Assembly (NCBI GenBank): GCA_041651015.1
Contig: JBAZKA010000001.1
Location: 141,158-205,157 of the forward strand
DNA from: Patescibacteria group bacterium
GTDB lineage: Bacteria > Patescibacteriota > Patescibacteriia > Magasanikbacterales > GWA2-37-8
Direction of reading: 5' to 3'
DNA: 64,000 nucleotides
Positions 41,229 to 50,270 of this stretch are shown in pieces; the stretch's first letter is position 1, and each line of letters starts with the position of its first letter. The notes under the pieces are model-generated. The model was not told the DNA's origin and ran no database searches. It saw only the letters and a list, made by a program, of their open reading frames with translations. Made by a program: the position numbers and the translations under genes.

Positions 41229-41834
41229 CTAGACTTCTTTTCTATTTTTCAACGCGCTCCCAAGTGTAATTTCATCAGCATACTGCAGGTCCGAACCCAT
41301 GGGCAGGCCCCGCGCCAGACGCGTGGTTTTTATTTTAGGCCATTTTGTTTTTATTTCCCGTTCTAAATACATGGCTGTTGTTTCTCCAGGCAGGTCGGGG
41401 TTGAGCGCGAGAATTACTTCAGTTATTTTGTTCTCGCTCAAGCGCTTCCATAATTCTTTGATTTTCAAATCACTTAATTCCGTTTCCGCGGACATGTCTA
41501 TTAAACCGCGAAGTACATGATATGTCCCGTGATATTCATTGGTTTTTTCTATGGCGGCAATGTCCGGCGGTTCGGTCACCACGCAAACCATAGTATGGTC
41601 GCGTTTGGCGTTGGCGCAAATGTGGCAGGGTGAGGTGTCGGTAAAATTCCAGCACACTTCACAACTTTTAACTTTTTTTAAAAGTTCTTCCAACGCCCCG
41701 CGTAAGTCATTGACTTCTTTTTTACCGCTCGCCAGCCAGTGAAAAACAAAACGCTCGGCCGTTTTTTGCCCGACCGAGGGAAGTTTTTTTAGTGCGTCAA
41801 TTAATTTTTCAATTGGCGCGGCGTACATAATCAT
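41229..41834 (-). CDS. recR: recombination protein RecR
   Basis: C4 zinc finger CEVCWNF…CHIC and Toprim region. Confidence 0.85.
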   Translation of the reverse strand: MIMYAAPIEKLIDALKKLPSVGQKTAERFVFHWLASGKKEVNDLRGALEELLKKVKSCEVCWNFTDTSPCHICANAKRDHTMVCVVTEPPDIAAIEKTNEYHGTYHVLRGLIDMSAETELSDLKIKELWKRLSENKITEVILALNPDLPGETTAMYLEREIKTKWPKIKTTRLARGLPMGSDLQYADEITLGSALKNRKEV

Positions 41835-41875
41835 TAATTCGTATAATTCGCATGCATTAGTATATTTGCATCGCT

Positions 41876-42184
41876 CTATTTCATCCCGGGCAAATCAAAT
41901 CCACCCATTTCTTGCATTTTGGCCGCGACAATTCTCTGCATTTTATTTTGCGCGTCAGTGTGTGCGTCTTTGATTGCGTCCTGCAATTTATTTTTTTTAT
42001 CGGGTGAGAGCAGTTCATTATCAATTTCAATGGCTTTCATTTTGAGTGAGCCATCCACAATGATCACAACTTTACCGCCGGCTGCTTGGCCCGTGGAGGT
42101 TTCATTGCCGAGTGCGCCTTGGAGTTTCTTGCCTTGTTCACGCAAATCTTTGAACTGTTTGAGTTTTGAGAATACCGATGACAT
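41876..42184 (-). CDS. ybaB: nucleoid-associated protein YbaB/EbfC
   Basis: 102 aa; YbaB family pattern; upstream of recR on the same strand. Confidence 0.75.
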   Translation of the reverse strand: MSSVFSKLKQFKDLREQGKKLQGALGNETSTGQAAGGKVVIIVDGSLKMKAIEIDNELLSPDKKNKLQDAIKDAHTDAQNKMQRIVAAKMQEMGGFDLPGMK

Positions 42185-42208
42185 ACGTAATAACTATTAT
42201 AAATAAAT

Positions 42209-42330
42209 GGCGCCCCGTAGACACAGTGTCCTTGACACTGCTTGCGAGTCCACCTGTCGTTCTGTCATTTTGCGCTGTGCGCAATTGGGCAGAACAACGG
42301 AAGTGAATGGTTATCGCTGTCTTCGGGGCA
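42209..42330 (-). ncRNA. candidate structured small RNA or 5' leader (possible SRP RNA by synteny, unconfirmed)
   Basis: Own TTGATT-16-TATAAT promoter on the minus strand at 42336..42363. Terminal helix GCCCCG…CGGGGC, internal hairpins CAGTGTC-AAG-GACACTG and TTGCGC-ACAG-GCGCAA, GNRA-like GCAA loop. Confidence 0.3.
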
Positions 42331-42366
42331 TTTTTATTATATCATTATTGAGAAAATAATCAATCT

Positions 42367-43842
42367 TTACATTTGTGGCACGGTCGGCGCCGCGTTGGGT
42401 TTGTTCATAAAATCCGACTTCGGACGCAATTTGACCGGAGCGCTGGGCGTCTGTTCATAACTGGACGAACTACGTGTTTGATTATCCAAATTTTTGAATG
42501 AAGTAGTCGCTTCATTAAAAAACATTTTTACCATTCCAGTCGGACCATTACGATGTTTGGCAATGTGCAATTCGGCCAAATACTTTTCATCCGGCGGGAT
42601 GTCTTCAATCCGGTAATTTCTATCCGCGGATTTACGATAGATGAACATCACCACATCAGCATCTTGTTCAATGGAGCCCGATTCGCGCAAGTGGGAAAGT
42701 TTCGGGATGGCCGGCTTGCTTTGCTCCACCACACGGGAGAGCTGGGAAAGCGCAATGACCGGCACATTTAATTCACGAGCAATACCTTTGAGACCGCGGG
42801 TAATTTCCGAAACTTCCTGCACACGATTTTCTTGACCGCCGGTACTGCGCGATTCCATAAGTTGCAAATAGTCAATCACAATCAGACCCAGGCCGTGCTC
42901 GGCCTGGAGACGACGCGCCTTGGTGCGCAATTGCAAAATGTTAATGCTCGGCGAGTCGTCAATAAATATCGGAGCCTCGGACAGTGTGCCGATAGCATGG
43001 CCGATGCGCGGAAAATCATCGGATTCTGGACGGTCGGAAAGTTTGCCGCTGCGTAATTTCCACAAATCAATGTTGGCTTCAGCGCAAAGCAAACGGTCTA
43101 CTAATTGTTCCTTGCTCATTTCCAGCGAAAACATGCCGACCGGAACTTTTAATCTTGTGCCGATATGTCGGACAAAATCCAAGGCTAAAGAAGTTTTACC
43201 CACGGATGGACGAGCGGCCAAGATAATTAAATCAGATTTTTGGAAACCGGTTAGAAGATCATCCAATTGACGAATACCGCTGGCTAGCCCGCGAAGTTGC
43301 CCGCGATTTTTATGCAGTTCATCAATGCGATCAAACGCGTCAGCCAGCACTCCACGGATAGGTGAAAATGTCTGTTTAAAATAATTTTGCGACACTCCAA
43401 ATAAATGTTTTTGCGCCTCATCTAAAATAGTATCCAGTTCGCCCTCTTCCAAATAACCCAAACGACTAATTTCCGAAGCAGCCGTGAGCAATCGCCGGCG
43501 CGTGGCTTTGCGATGGACGATTTGTGCGTAATTCACCACATTGGAGGCGGTCGGTACAGTATCAGTGAGTGAAACTAAATACGTTTTACCGCCGATATTT
43601 TCCAATAAGCCTTTCTCATTCAAGCGATTGCTCAAAGTTAAAAGATCCACCGGTTCATTGCGGGTGTAAAGTTCCACCATTGTCTCAAAAATTCGGCCGT
43701 GTCCGGTTTTGTAAAAATCTTCGGGCGAGACAATGTCCGCCACTTTTAGGATTGCTTCTTTGTCTATCAAAAGCGAACCAAGTAAAGACATCTCGGCATC
43801 CAAACTTTGCGGCGGGACCCTATCAAGTTGATTATCACTCAT
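42367..43842 (-). CDS. dnaB: replicative DNA helicase DnaB
   Basis: DnaB N-terminal domain and RecA-like core (GxGKT Walker A: RPSVGKTS); SD AAAGGAG upstream. Confidence 0.85.
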   Translation of the reverse strand: MSDNQLDRVPPQSLDAEMSLLGSLLIDKEAILKVADIVSPEDFYKTGHGRIFETMVELYTRNEPVDLLTLSNRLNEKGLLENIGGKTYLVSLTDTVPTASNVVNYAQIVHRKATRRRLLTAASEISRLGYLEEGELDTILDEAQKHLFGVSQNYFKQTFSPIRGVLADAFDRIDELHKNRGQLRGLASGIRQLDDLLTGFQKSDLIILAARPSVGKTSLALDFVRHIGTRLKVPVGMFSLEMSKEQLVDRLLCAEANIDLWKLRSGKLSDRPESDDFPRIGHAIGTLSEAPIFIDDSPSINILQLRTKARRLQAEHGLGLIVIDYLQLMESRSTGGQENRVQEVSEITRGLKGIARELNVPVIALSQLSRVVEQSKPAIPKLSHLRESGSIEQDADVVMFIYRKSADRNYRIEDIPPDEKYLAELHIAKHRNGPTGMVKMFFNEATTSFKNLDNQTRSSSSYEQTPSAPVKLRPKSDFMNKPNAAPTVPQM

Positions 43843-44015
43843 ACATGATTTTGTTCTCCTTTGTTATAGTTCCCATATTCTAACCTGGCGTAAAGCCAAA
43901 AGCAAGGCGATTGCAGTGGAGAAACTGTGGGTAGTTTGTGGTCAATAGATAGGCTTGTATTTTTTGCTATTTTCTCGTCTTTTAAGTATAATTATTACAG
44001 TTTATCATTCAATCT

Positions 44016-46133
44016 ATGAACCGCAGGCGCTTTAGCATTACTGTTGCGGCCGGCCTCATCATGTTTTTAAACATGCGATTTTGGCATTTGTCATGGTTGG
44101 GCATTATGGCGTCTGTCGCTTATTTGATTGTAGTGTCAGATGGAATGAGCCGAGGTCTTATCCACAGATTCGGTTTTGAAAATAATTGGCGCGTTAAATT
44201 ACTTGGCGCCCTGGCTGGAATTTTTACACTCGGTTCAACTTGCGGGGTATTTCTGGTGTTATGGCAATTGGAATCAATTCAAATTTTTTTGGCGATGATT
44301 TTGACCGGGCTGGCCGCAGAATATTTGTCCGGTCCAAAACTGCAGTACCAGCGTGAGTTGGAAACAGGGGAGCCACTCGTGGAAATAATTAACGGCAAAT
44401 ATTACGTGGTTGCGTTTATTCTTTTGATAATTTTCGGTTTTATTACTTTGGCGCGTTCAGCCGGCGGTATATCCGCCCTGACTCCGTGGGAAATTATTTC
44501 CGGCCGGTATATTTATATTTTCTATTTGGCTGTTCTCGTTCTCGGCGGTCTTATTTTTTCCAAGTTAAAAACAACGGCCTTGGCCGGCATGTTGATTTTA
44601 ATTTCAATAATGATGTTTTCGTATTTGCCGTTATCACATAAATTATTTTGGGGAGCGGATGGCTGGCGCCACCTAGCGTCCATTGAACAGGTTGTGTCGG
44701 GCGGCAGAGTCGTCGTGACAAATTTTGCGGATTCGCCAAATTGGGTGGAAAGAATAAATCCCGGCATATTTTCTTACAGTCAATTTTGGTCGCTCATCGC
44801 GGCCGGCGCGAAAATTTTTGATGCGGATTTGATACGGCTGATGGCTTGGTTCCAGCCGATACTGGCCGGAATATTTTTTCCGATTCTTTTTTACGAGCTC
44901 GCGCTTACATTGGGATTTGGCCGGCGTCAGTCGTTGGTTTTTTGCTGGTTGGGATTATTGCCATTTGCTATTCAGGCGGCCGGCGGATTTTCTCTGCCCG
45001 TTAATTTAGGATTTTTGTTTTTCTTGCTTTTTATCAATTTACTTTTACGGAGATTAAAAAATCCGGACGCGAGGCAGTTGCCAATTCTGATTGGCGCGTT
45101 GGCACTTTCATTATTCGGCTATGCCTTATTTGTCGTGTTGTTCGGCGTGCTTTGGCTGGCGGTGGAAATAATTTTGCGTTTTAAAAACAAAATTGAAAAC
45201 AAAAAAACATTTTTCATAGTTATTAGTGCCGCCGGTTTTGCCTTAATCATACCCTTGTTGGAGCTTGTCGCCGGCTATGCTAAGTTCAACGGCTGGCCGG
45301 AGATGTTGTCGGGTGTAAAAAGTTTTATCGGAAATTTCAGCGGTTATTATCTGGCGTCAGGACCGCGCCCGCATACAATTGATACCGGCAATGTATTTTT
45401 TAATCAAATACCATCATACGCTTTTGTGCCCAACGGTTTTACCGAATGGCGCTGGTGGATTGTTGTCGTCATGGTATTGATGATTATTGGCGCGATATTT
45501 GGCGCGATTAAATTATTGCGGGATGCAGATTGGGCAAAAAAGCTAATTGCTTTGTTTGGCCTGGGAATTTTTATTGGCTATATTATCTCCCGATATTTTT
45601 TGGCCGGAGAAAATTTGCTTAGCCGACGGCTGGATGCCGTGGTGGCTGTTATAATTTTGATATTTTTATTTACTGCAATTGAAAAGTTTTTTACCAAAAA
45701 TCTATTTGTTTCCATTTTAATTATTTTTTTCGGCAGTATCGCTATTACCGCTTCATATTCGCTCGGACCATATTCACGGGCAGTCAGCGTTGACGAATAT
45801 GAGGCGGCTAAATTCGTCTGGTCGCAGACATCAGGCGAGTCAAAATATTGTGTGGTGGGGGACACGTATCCGCTTTTGGCATTGGAAGCGATCTCGCAGA
45901 AAAAAATAATCGGCGGCGGTTTTCCCATTGACCAGAATTTTGGTCAGAGCGAGCTCGTAAAAATTTATGAAGAAATAATATATAGTAGCCATATTATTGA
46001 CTTGTCACAGTATCGGTCTAAAGTATTAGAATTGACGGGCGCAGACGATTGTTATTTAATCATTTATGGTGCGGGTGAAATTGTAAATAAGCCTGCTGTC
46101 ACAATCGGCGATGTTGTTGTTTATAATTATTAA
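44016..46133 (+). CDS. hypothetical polytopic membrane protein (possibly GT-C-like glycosyltransferase)
   Basis: 705 aa, >15 predicted TM helices, soluble C-terminal domain; no firm motif. Confidence 0.4.
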   Translation: MNRRRFSITVAAGLIMFLNMRFWHLSWLGIMASVAYLIVVSDGMSRGLIHRFGFENNWRVKLLGALAGIFTLGSTCGVFLVLWQLESIQIFLAMILTGLAAEYLSGPKLQYQRELETGEPLVEIINGKYYVVAFILLIIFGFITLARSAGGISALTPWEIISGRYIYIFYLAVLVLGGLIFSKLKTTALAGMLILISIMMFSYLPLSHKLFWGADGWRHLASIEQVVSGGRVVVTNFADSPNWVERINPGIFSYSQFWSLIAAGAKIFDADLIRLMAWFQPILAGIFFPILFYELALTLGFGRRQSLVFCWLGLLPFAIQAAGGFSLPVNLGFLFFLLFINLLLRRLKNPDARQLPILIGALALSLFGYALFVVLFGVLWLAVEIILRFKNKIENKKTFFIVISAAGFALIIPLLELVAGYAKFNGWPEMLSGVKSFIGNFSGYYLASGPRPHTIDTGNVFFNQIPSYAFVPNGFTEWRWWIVVVMVLMIIGAIFGAIKLLRDADWAKKLIALFGLGIFIGYIISRYFLAGENLLSRRLDAVVAVIILIFLFTAIEKFFTKNLFVSILIIFFGSIAITASYSLGPYSRAVSVDEYEAAKFVWSQTSGESKYCVVGDTYPLLALEAISQKKIIGGGFPIDQNFGQSELVKIYEEIIYSSHIIDLSQYRSKVLELTGADDCYLIIYGAGEIVNKPAVTIGDVVVYNY

Positions 46134-46142
46134 TATATATTT

Positions 46143-46547
46143 ATGTCTGATTGCATTTTTTGCAAAATTATTGCCGGTGAAATTCCATGCCACAAAGTTT
46201 ACGAAGATGAAAACGTTTTGGCTTTTTTGGACGCGTTTCCTCATGCCAAAGGCCACACCGTAGTCGTGCCGAAAAAACACGTCAGCAGTATTTTTGATTT
46301 TGATCCCGATGACAGAACGAATTTTTCCGCCGGGCTTTCGGCCGCGGCGCGCCGAGTGAATGAAGCGATCAAGCCCGACGGGATGAATATTGGCGTAAAT
46401 GATCGTCCGTCCGCCGGGCAAGTTGTCCCGCATGTTCATTGGCATATTTTCCCGCGTTTTGAAAATGATGGCGGAGGCTCGGTTCACTCAATTGTAAAAA
46501 CCAAAGAAAAAATTGATGTGTCAGAGGTGGCGAAATTGTTTGTCTAG
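46143..46547 (+). CDS. HIT-family (histidine triad) hydrolase
   Basis: HVHWHIF histidine triad. Confidence 0.75.
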   Translation: MSDCIFCKIIAGEIPCHKVYEDENVLAFLDAFPHAKGHTVVVPKKHVSSIFDFDPDDRTNFSAGLSAAARRVNEAIKPDGMNIGVNDRPSAGQVVPHVHWHIFPRFENDGGGSVHSIVKTKEKIDVSEVAKLFV

Positions 46548-46562
46548 GTGTATAATAATTAC

Positions 46563-48287
46563 ATGGCAGAAGAGCAAACAAACAAAGAACAGCCAAAGAT
46601 CGTTAGCGACCCTAACGTGAATTATTTTGCGTGCAGTAATTACCGAAATCAGGCGCGTAAGTTTGGCATCAAGCTGGATGACCGTCGCCGGCATATGTAT
46701 GTGGTCGGTAAAACCGGCATGGGCAAGACCACGGTTTTGGAAAATATGGTCCTCAACGATATTTACGCCGGACACGGCGTCGGCTTGGTGGACCCGCATG
46801 GCGACTTTGCCGAAAAAATCATTAATTTTATTCCGCCTGAACGCATTAACGACGTGGTGTATTTCAATCCGGCGGATATGAACTATCCGATCGGTTTCAA
46901 TATTTTAGAAACAGTCAACCCCGAGCACAAGCATTTGGTCGCATCCGGCTTGATGGGTGTATTCAAAAAAATCTGGCCTGATGTCTGGAGCGCCCGTATG
47001 GAATACATTTTAAATAATACCATTCTCGCTCTCTTGGATTTTCCGGATACGACCCTGCTTGGTATCAATCGTTTGCTTGCGGATGATGATTATCGCAGTC
47101 GGGTCGTAAAAAATCTGCAGGATCCCGTGGTGCGCGCGTTTTGGGAAACGGAATTTGCCTCCTACAATGACCGCTACAAACAAGAAGCGGTCGCCCCAAT
47201 CCAAAATAAAATCGGTCAATTTTTATCCGCGGCCGTTATTCGCAATATCGTGGCTCAGGTTAAATCGCGAATCAACATCCGCGAGATTATGGATTCCAAA
47301 AAAATATTCATCATGAATTTGTCCAAAGGGCGCATCGGCGAGGACAACTCGCGTTTGCTCGGCGGTATGCTTATCACCAAAATTCAACTTTCGGCCATGG
47401 AGCGCGTGGATATCGTTGAGAAAGACCGCAAAGATTTTTTTCTTTATGTTGATGAATTCCAAAATTTCGCCACTGAAAGTTTTGCCAACATTTTATCCGA
47501 GGCGAGAAAATATCGCCTGGACCTGATTATGGCGCATCAGTACATGGAGCAATTAGATGAAACCGTTTTGGCCGCCGTTATCGGCAACGTCGGCACCTTG
47601 GCCACTTATCGCGTCGGTTCCACGGACGCGGAAGTTCTGGTCAAAGAATTCGCGCCGATTTTTACTGAAGAGGATTTGGTAAATTTACCCAAGTACAATA
47701 TTTATTTGAAACTGATGATTGATGGCGTGGCGTCGCGTCCTTTTTCCGCGGTGACGCTTCCGCCAATTGGTTCGCCGACCGGCAGCGCCGAACGGGTTAT
47801 CCGCGTCACGCGCGAACGCTATGGCACGCCGAGGGAAAAAATTGAAGAAAAAATCAAGCGTTGGAGCGGCTTGGAAATGGGCGGTTTGGATGAGGAGGAA
47901 GAAAATAAAATTGAATCGGATAAAATTTTGTCCGCGCCGATTAAAACCGATGCCCCGAAAAAATTAGGCGACTTTGTAAAACGAGAGCCGGAACAAAAAC
48001 CGGTCCCGCATACCGAAGTTCGCAAACCGGTCCAATCCAGGCCCCAGCAAAAATTTTCCCACAACAACAATCATCCGAAAGAAAAGGAGCGACGCGCGGC
48101 CGCGCCCGGCTGGACCCCGCGTCCGATCAGCGCGATTTTGTCTGATGAGAAATCCGAAGAGGCGCCGACTGTTCCGGTTATCAAATTAAACGAATTGCAC
48201 ACCACGCCCGCTCCGGCGCCGGTTCAAAAACCAGCAATCAGTCAACCGACGACATTCAAATCCGGTCAGGTGGTAAAGTTAGATTAA
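46563..48287 (+). CDS. TraD/VirD4-like (AAA_10/TraG-D_C type) P-loop ATPase
   Basis: Walker A VVGKTGMGKTT, Walker B LYVDEFQNF, low-complexity P/K-rich C-terminal tail. ATG at 46563 preferred over the GTG at 46548. Confidence 0.5.
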   Translation: MAEEQTNKEQPKIVSDPNVNYFACSNYRNQARKFGIKLDDRRRHMYVVGKTGMGKTTVLENMVLNDIYAGHGVGLVDPHGDFAEKIINFIPPERINDVVYFNPADMNYPIGFNILETVNPEHKHLVASGLMGVFKKIWPDVWSARMEYILNNTILALLDFPDTTLLGINRLLADDDYRSRVVKNLQDPVVRAFWETEFASYNDRYKQEAVAPIQNKIGQFLSAAVIRNIVAQVKSRINIREIMDSKKIFIMNLSKGRIGEDNSRLLGGMLITKIQLSAMERVDIVEKDRKDFFLYVDEFQNFATESFANILSEARKYRLDLIMAHQYMEQLDETVLAAVIGNVGTLATYRVGSTDAEVLVKEFAPIFTEEDLVNLPKYNIYLKLMIDGVASRPFSAVTLPPIGSPTGSAERVIRVTRERYGTPREKIEEKIKRWSGLEMGGLDEEEENKIESDKILSAPIKTDAPKKLGDFVKREPEQKPVPHTEVRKPVQSRPQQKFSHNNNHPKEKERRAAAPGWTPRPISAILSDEKSEEAPTVPVIKLNELHTTPAPAPVQKPAISQPTTFKSGQVVKLD

Positions 48288-48329
48288 AGAGGGATTGACC
48301 CGGCAGAGCTCTTTAGAGATTCTACCGGG

Positions 48330-48358
48330 TTGACAAAAACGGTTTTTTGTGCTATACT
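48330..48358 (+). promoter_or_regulatory. consensus sigma70 promoter (TTGACA-17-TATACT)
   Basis: Perfect -35, 17-nt spacer, near-consensus -10; ~100 nt upstream of the 48462 gene. Confidence 0.55.
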
Positions 48359-48461
48359 ATTTTTGTAAATTTTGGGGTAGACGCCATGCGTAGTTTCCCA
48401 AACAGGTCGAGTTAATTCAAAATTAACCAAACAACATTTTGGGAAATAAGACTGTAGTATT

Positions 48462-48785
48462 ATGGCGTTCGATAATGATCGTCCCATGTACGACGTAGAT
48501 CTTACCTGCGCGCGCTGCGGAGCCCACATTTCCAAGCTCCCGTTTCAGCCGTCCGGAGACCGAAAGGTTTTCTGCAACGACTGCAATCGCACTTATTGGC
48601 AGAACAAGCGTGGTGATGATCGCGGTGGTTTCGGTGGCGGCGCTCCGCGCGCTCCGAGACAGATGTACGATGTGGATGTAAACTGTTCGGATTGCGGCAA
48701 ACACATTGATAAATTGCCGTTTGTTCCGTCCGGTGATAAAGCCGTTTTGTGCACTGATTGCTTACGAGCAAAACGAGCCGCTTAA
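48462..48785 (+). CDS. duplicated CxxC zinc-ribbon protein
   Basis: Two copies of MYDVD(L/V)xC(A/S)xCGxHIxKLPFxPSGDxxVxCxDC (CxxC…CxxC x2), Gly/Arg-rich linker. Local GC is higher than the flanks. Confidence 0.5.
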   Translation: MAFDNDRPMYDVDLTCARCGAHISKLPFQPSGDRKVFCNDCNRTYWQNKRGDDRGGFGGGAPRAPRQMYDVDVNCSDCGKHIDKLPFVPSGDKAVLCTDCLRAKRAA

Positions 48786-48885
48786 TAAGCGATTCAAAAC
48801 GCTCCGCTAACGCGGGGCGTTTTTAGTTTGCGAATTGAATAATATTCTGATATACTTTCAACAATAATCCATTCATCACAATATT

Positions 48886-50145
48886 ATGAACAAGAATATA
48901 ACCATTATCACAGTTGCGCTTATCTTTACGGCGATTATAATCGGCGTTGGTTGTTATGTTAAATTACATCAAAAAAATAACGGCGAGATCATTGACGATT
49001 CACCCGCAATAAATACTATGCAGGGCATAAGCACCTCGACCATGACCGGCGTCCAATCTGAAAAAACAGGGTGGTTGTCGTTGGCTGACTCGTTTTATGA
49101 GTTTAGTTTTTTATATCCAAAGAATTGGTCAGTAAGCAAATATGTTGATAACAACTATGATTCTCGGATAGACGCAGGACAAAAAGCGTATACGTACTGG
49201 CTGTTTGATGAGAATGGAAATAAGGTGGCGATAATTTTTAATGAAGGCCAGTATGGCCATGGATGGCCAGAAGAAACAGACCCTGTTCGCAATGAATTTA
49301 TTGGCGATTTAGGCCGAGCCGTGGCTATGGAAGGCCACGAACACGTTTCATATATTTTTTCTGAGTTTCCAAATTTTGAAAATAATTTACGCGTAGAATG
49401 TACAACGAGTTCGCAAGAAGTTCGGAATAGTGTTAGCGAAGTTGTAAAATCATTTGCCATAGAAAGTAGCGCATTCGCTTTAGATAAATGCCAACGTTTC
49501 GGAGAGGTCTACCAATTATCAGAGGATGTGAGGGGTCTAAAAAATTCAACCGATATCGTAAAATATATTGTTGATAATAATTTGTACGTTATTGCCTGTG
49601 ATAGGTTGTGGCACGGAGATCGCAACTTACTGGCCTCCTCATCAATTACTGAATATGTTAAGGCAAAAAATGTTAATCCGAGTGCGCGATATAGAGAGGA
49701 AGGCTTTAATGAAGGGTTTAGATACGAAAGCGGTAAATATTTATACATATTTTTCTATTTAATTACAGATAGCGAATGGACTGAGACGGGTTATTATTTT
49801 GTTATTAACAAAGACACCGACGCTGTGCAAATTATTTATGATAAAAATGCCAATCTTTGGCCGTATGTAAAATCGCCTGACAATACAAAATTATTATATG
49901 TTAACAAGGACAATGGTGATTTATACGCCTATGATTGGCTGAATAGAGGAACAAAAAAATTATTAACAATTAATGACGATGAAACATTTTCTTGCGGTGA
50001 ATATGGAGAGTTCATTAATATACCAACGATTATTCAGTGGGTAAATGATGGTGATTTGGAATTGAAAGTTTACAAGAAAACCGATGTTGTGGGTGCGGAA
50101 ATTTGTCAAGATTTATCAAGGGAAGTAAATTTGAGTATTAAATAG
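48886..50145 (+). CDS. hypothetical membrane-anchored protein
   Basis: N-terminal TM, 419 aa, no recognisable motif. Confidence 0.4.
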   Translation: MNKNITIITVALIFTAIIIGVGCYVKLHQKNNGEIIDDSPAINTMQGISTSTMTGVQSEKTGWLSLADSFYEFSFLYPKNWSVSKYVDNNYDSRIDAGQKAYTYWLFDENGNKVAIIFNEGQYGHGWPEETDPVRNEFIGDLGRAVAMEGHEHVSYIFSEFPNFENNLRVECTTSSQEVRNSVSEVVKSFAIESSAFALDKCQRFGEVYQLSEDVRGLKNSTDIVKYIVDNNLYVIACDRLWHGDRNLLASSSITEYVKAKNVNPSARYREEGFNEGFRYESGKYLYIFFYLITDSEWTETGYYFVINKDTDAVQIIYDKNANLWPYVKSPDNTKLLYVNKDNGDLYAYDWLNRGTKKLLTINDDETFSCGEYGEFINIPTIIQWVNDGDLELKVYKKTDVVGAEICQDLSREVNLSIK

Positions 50146-50270
50146 ATTCAACAAACAGTGCTCTTTAATAATTGAGAAGGAGGTTTACAAGTAATAGATA
50201 GATGCTGTTGAATGGGGTTGGAGACACAAATGGTCGGTTCAATCGACAAAAAAAGAAAAGGAGACAGAAA

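Noticed and set aside
42209-42330. Firm assignment as SRP (4.5S/ffs) RNA
   Set aside because: Synteny and some sequence strings fit, but I could not reproduce the conserved helix-8 loop pattern by hand; kept only as an unverified candidate ncRNA.
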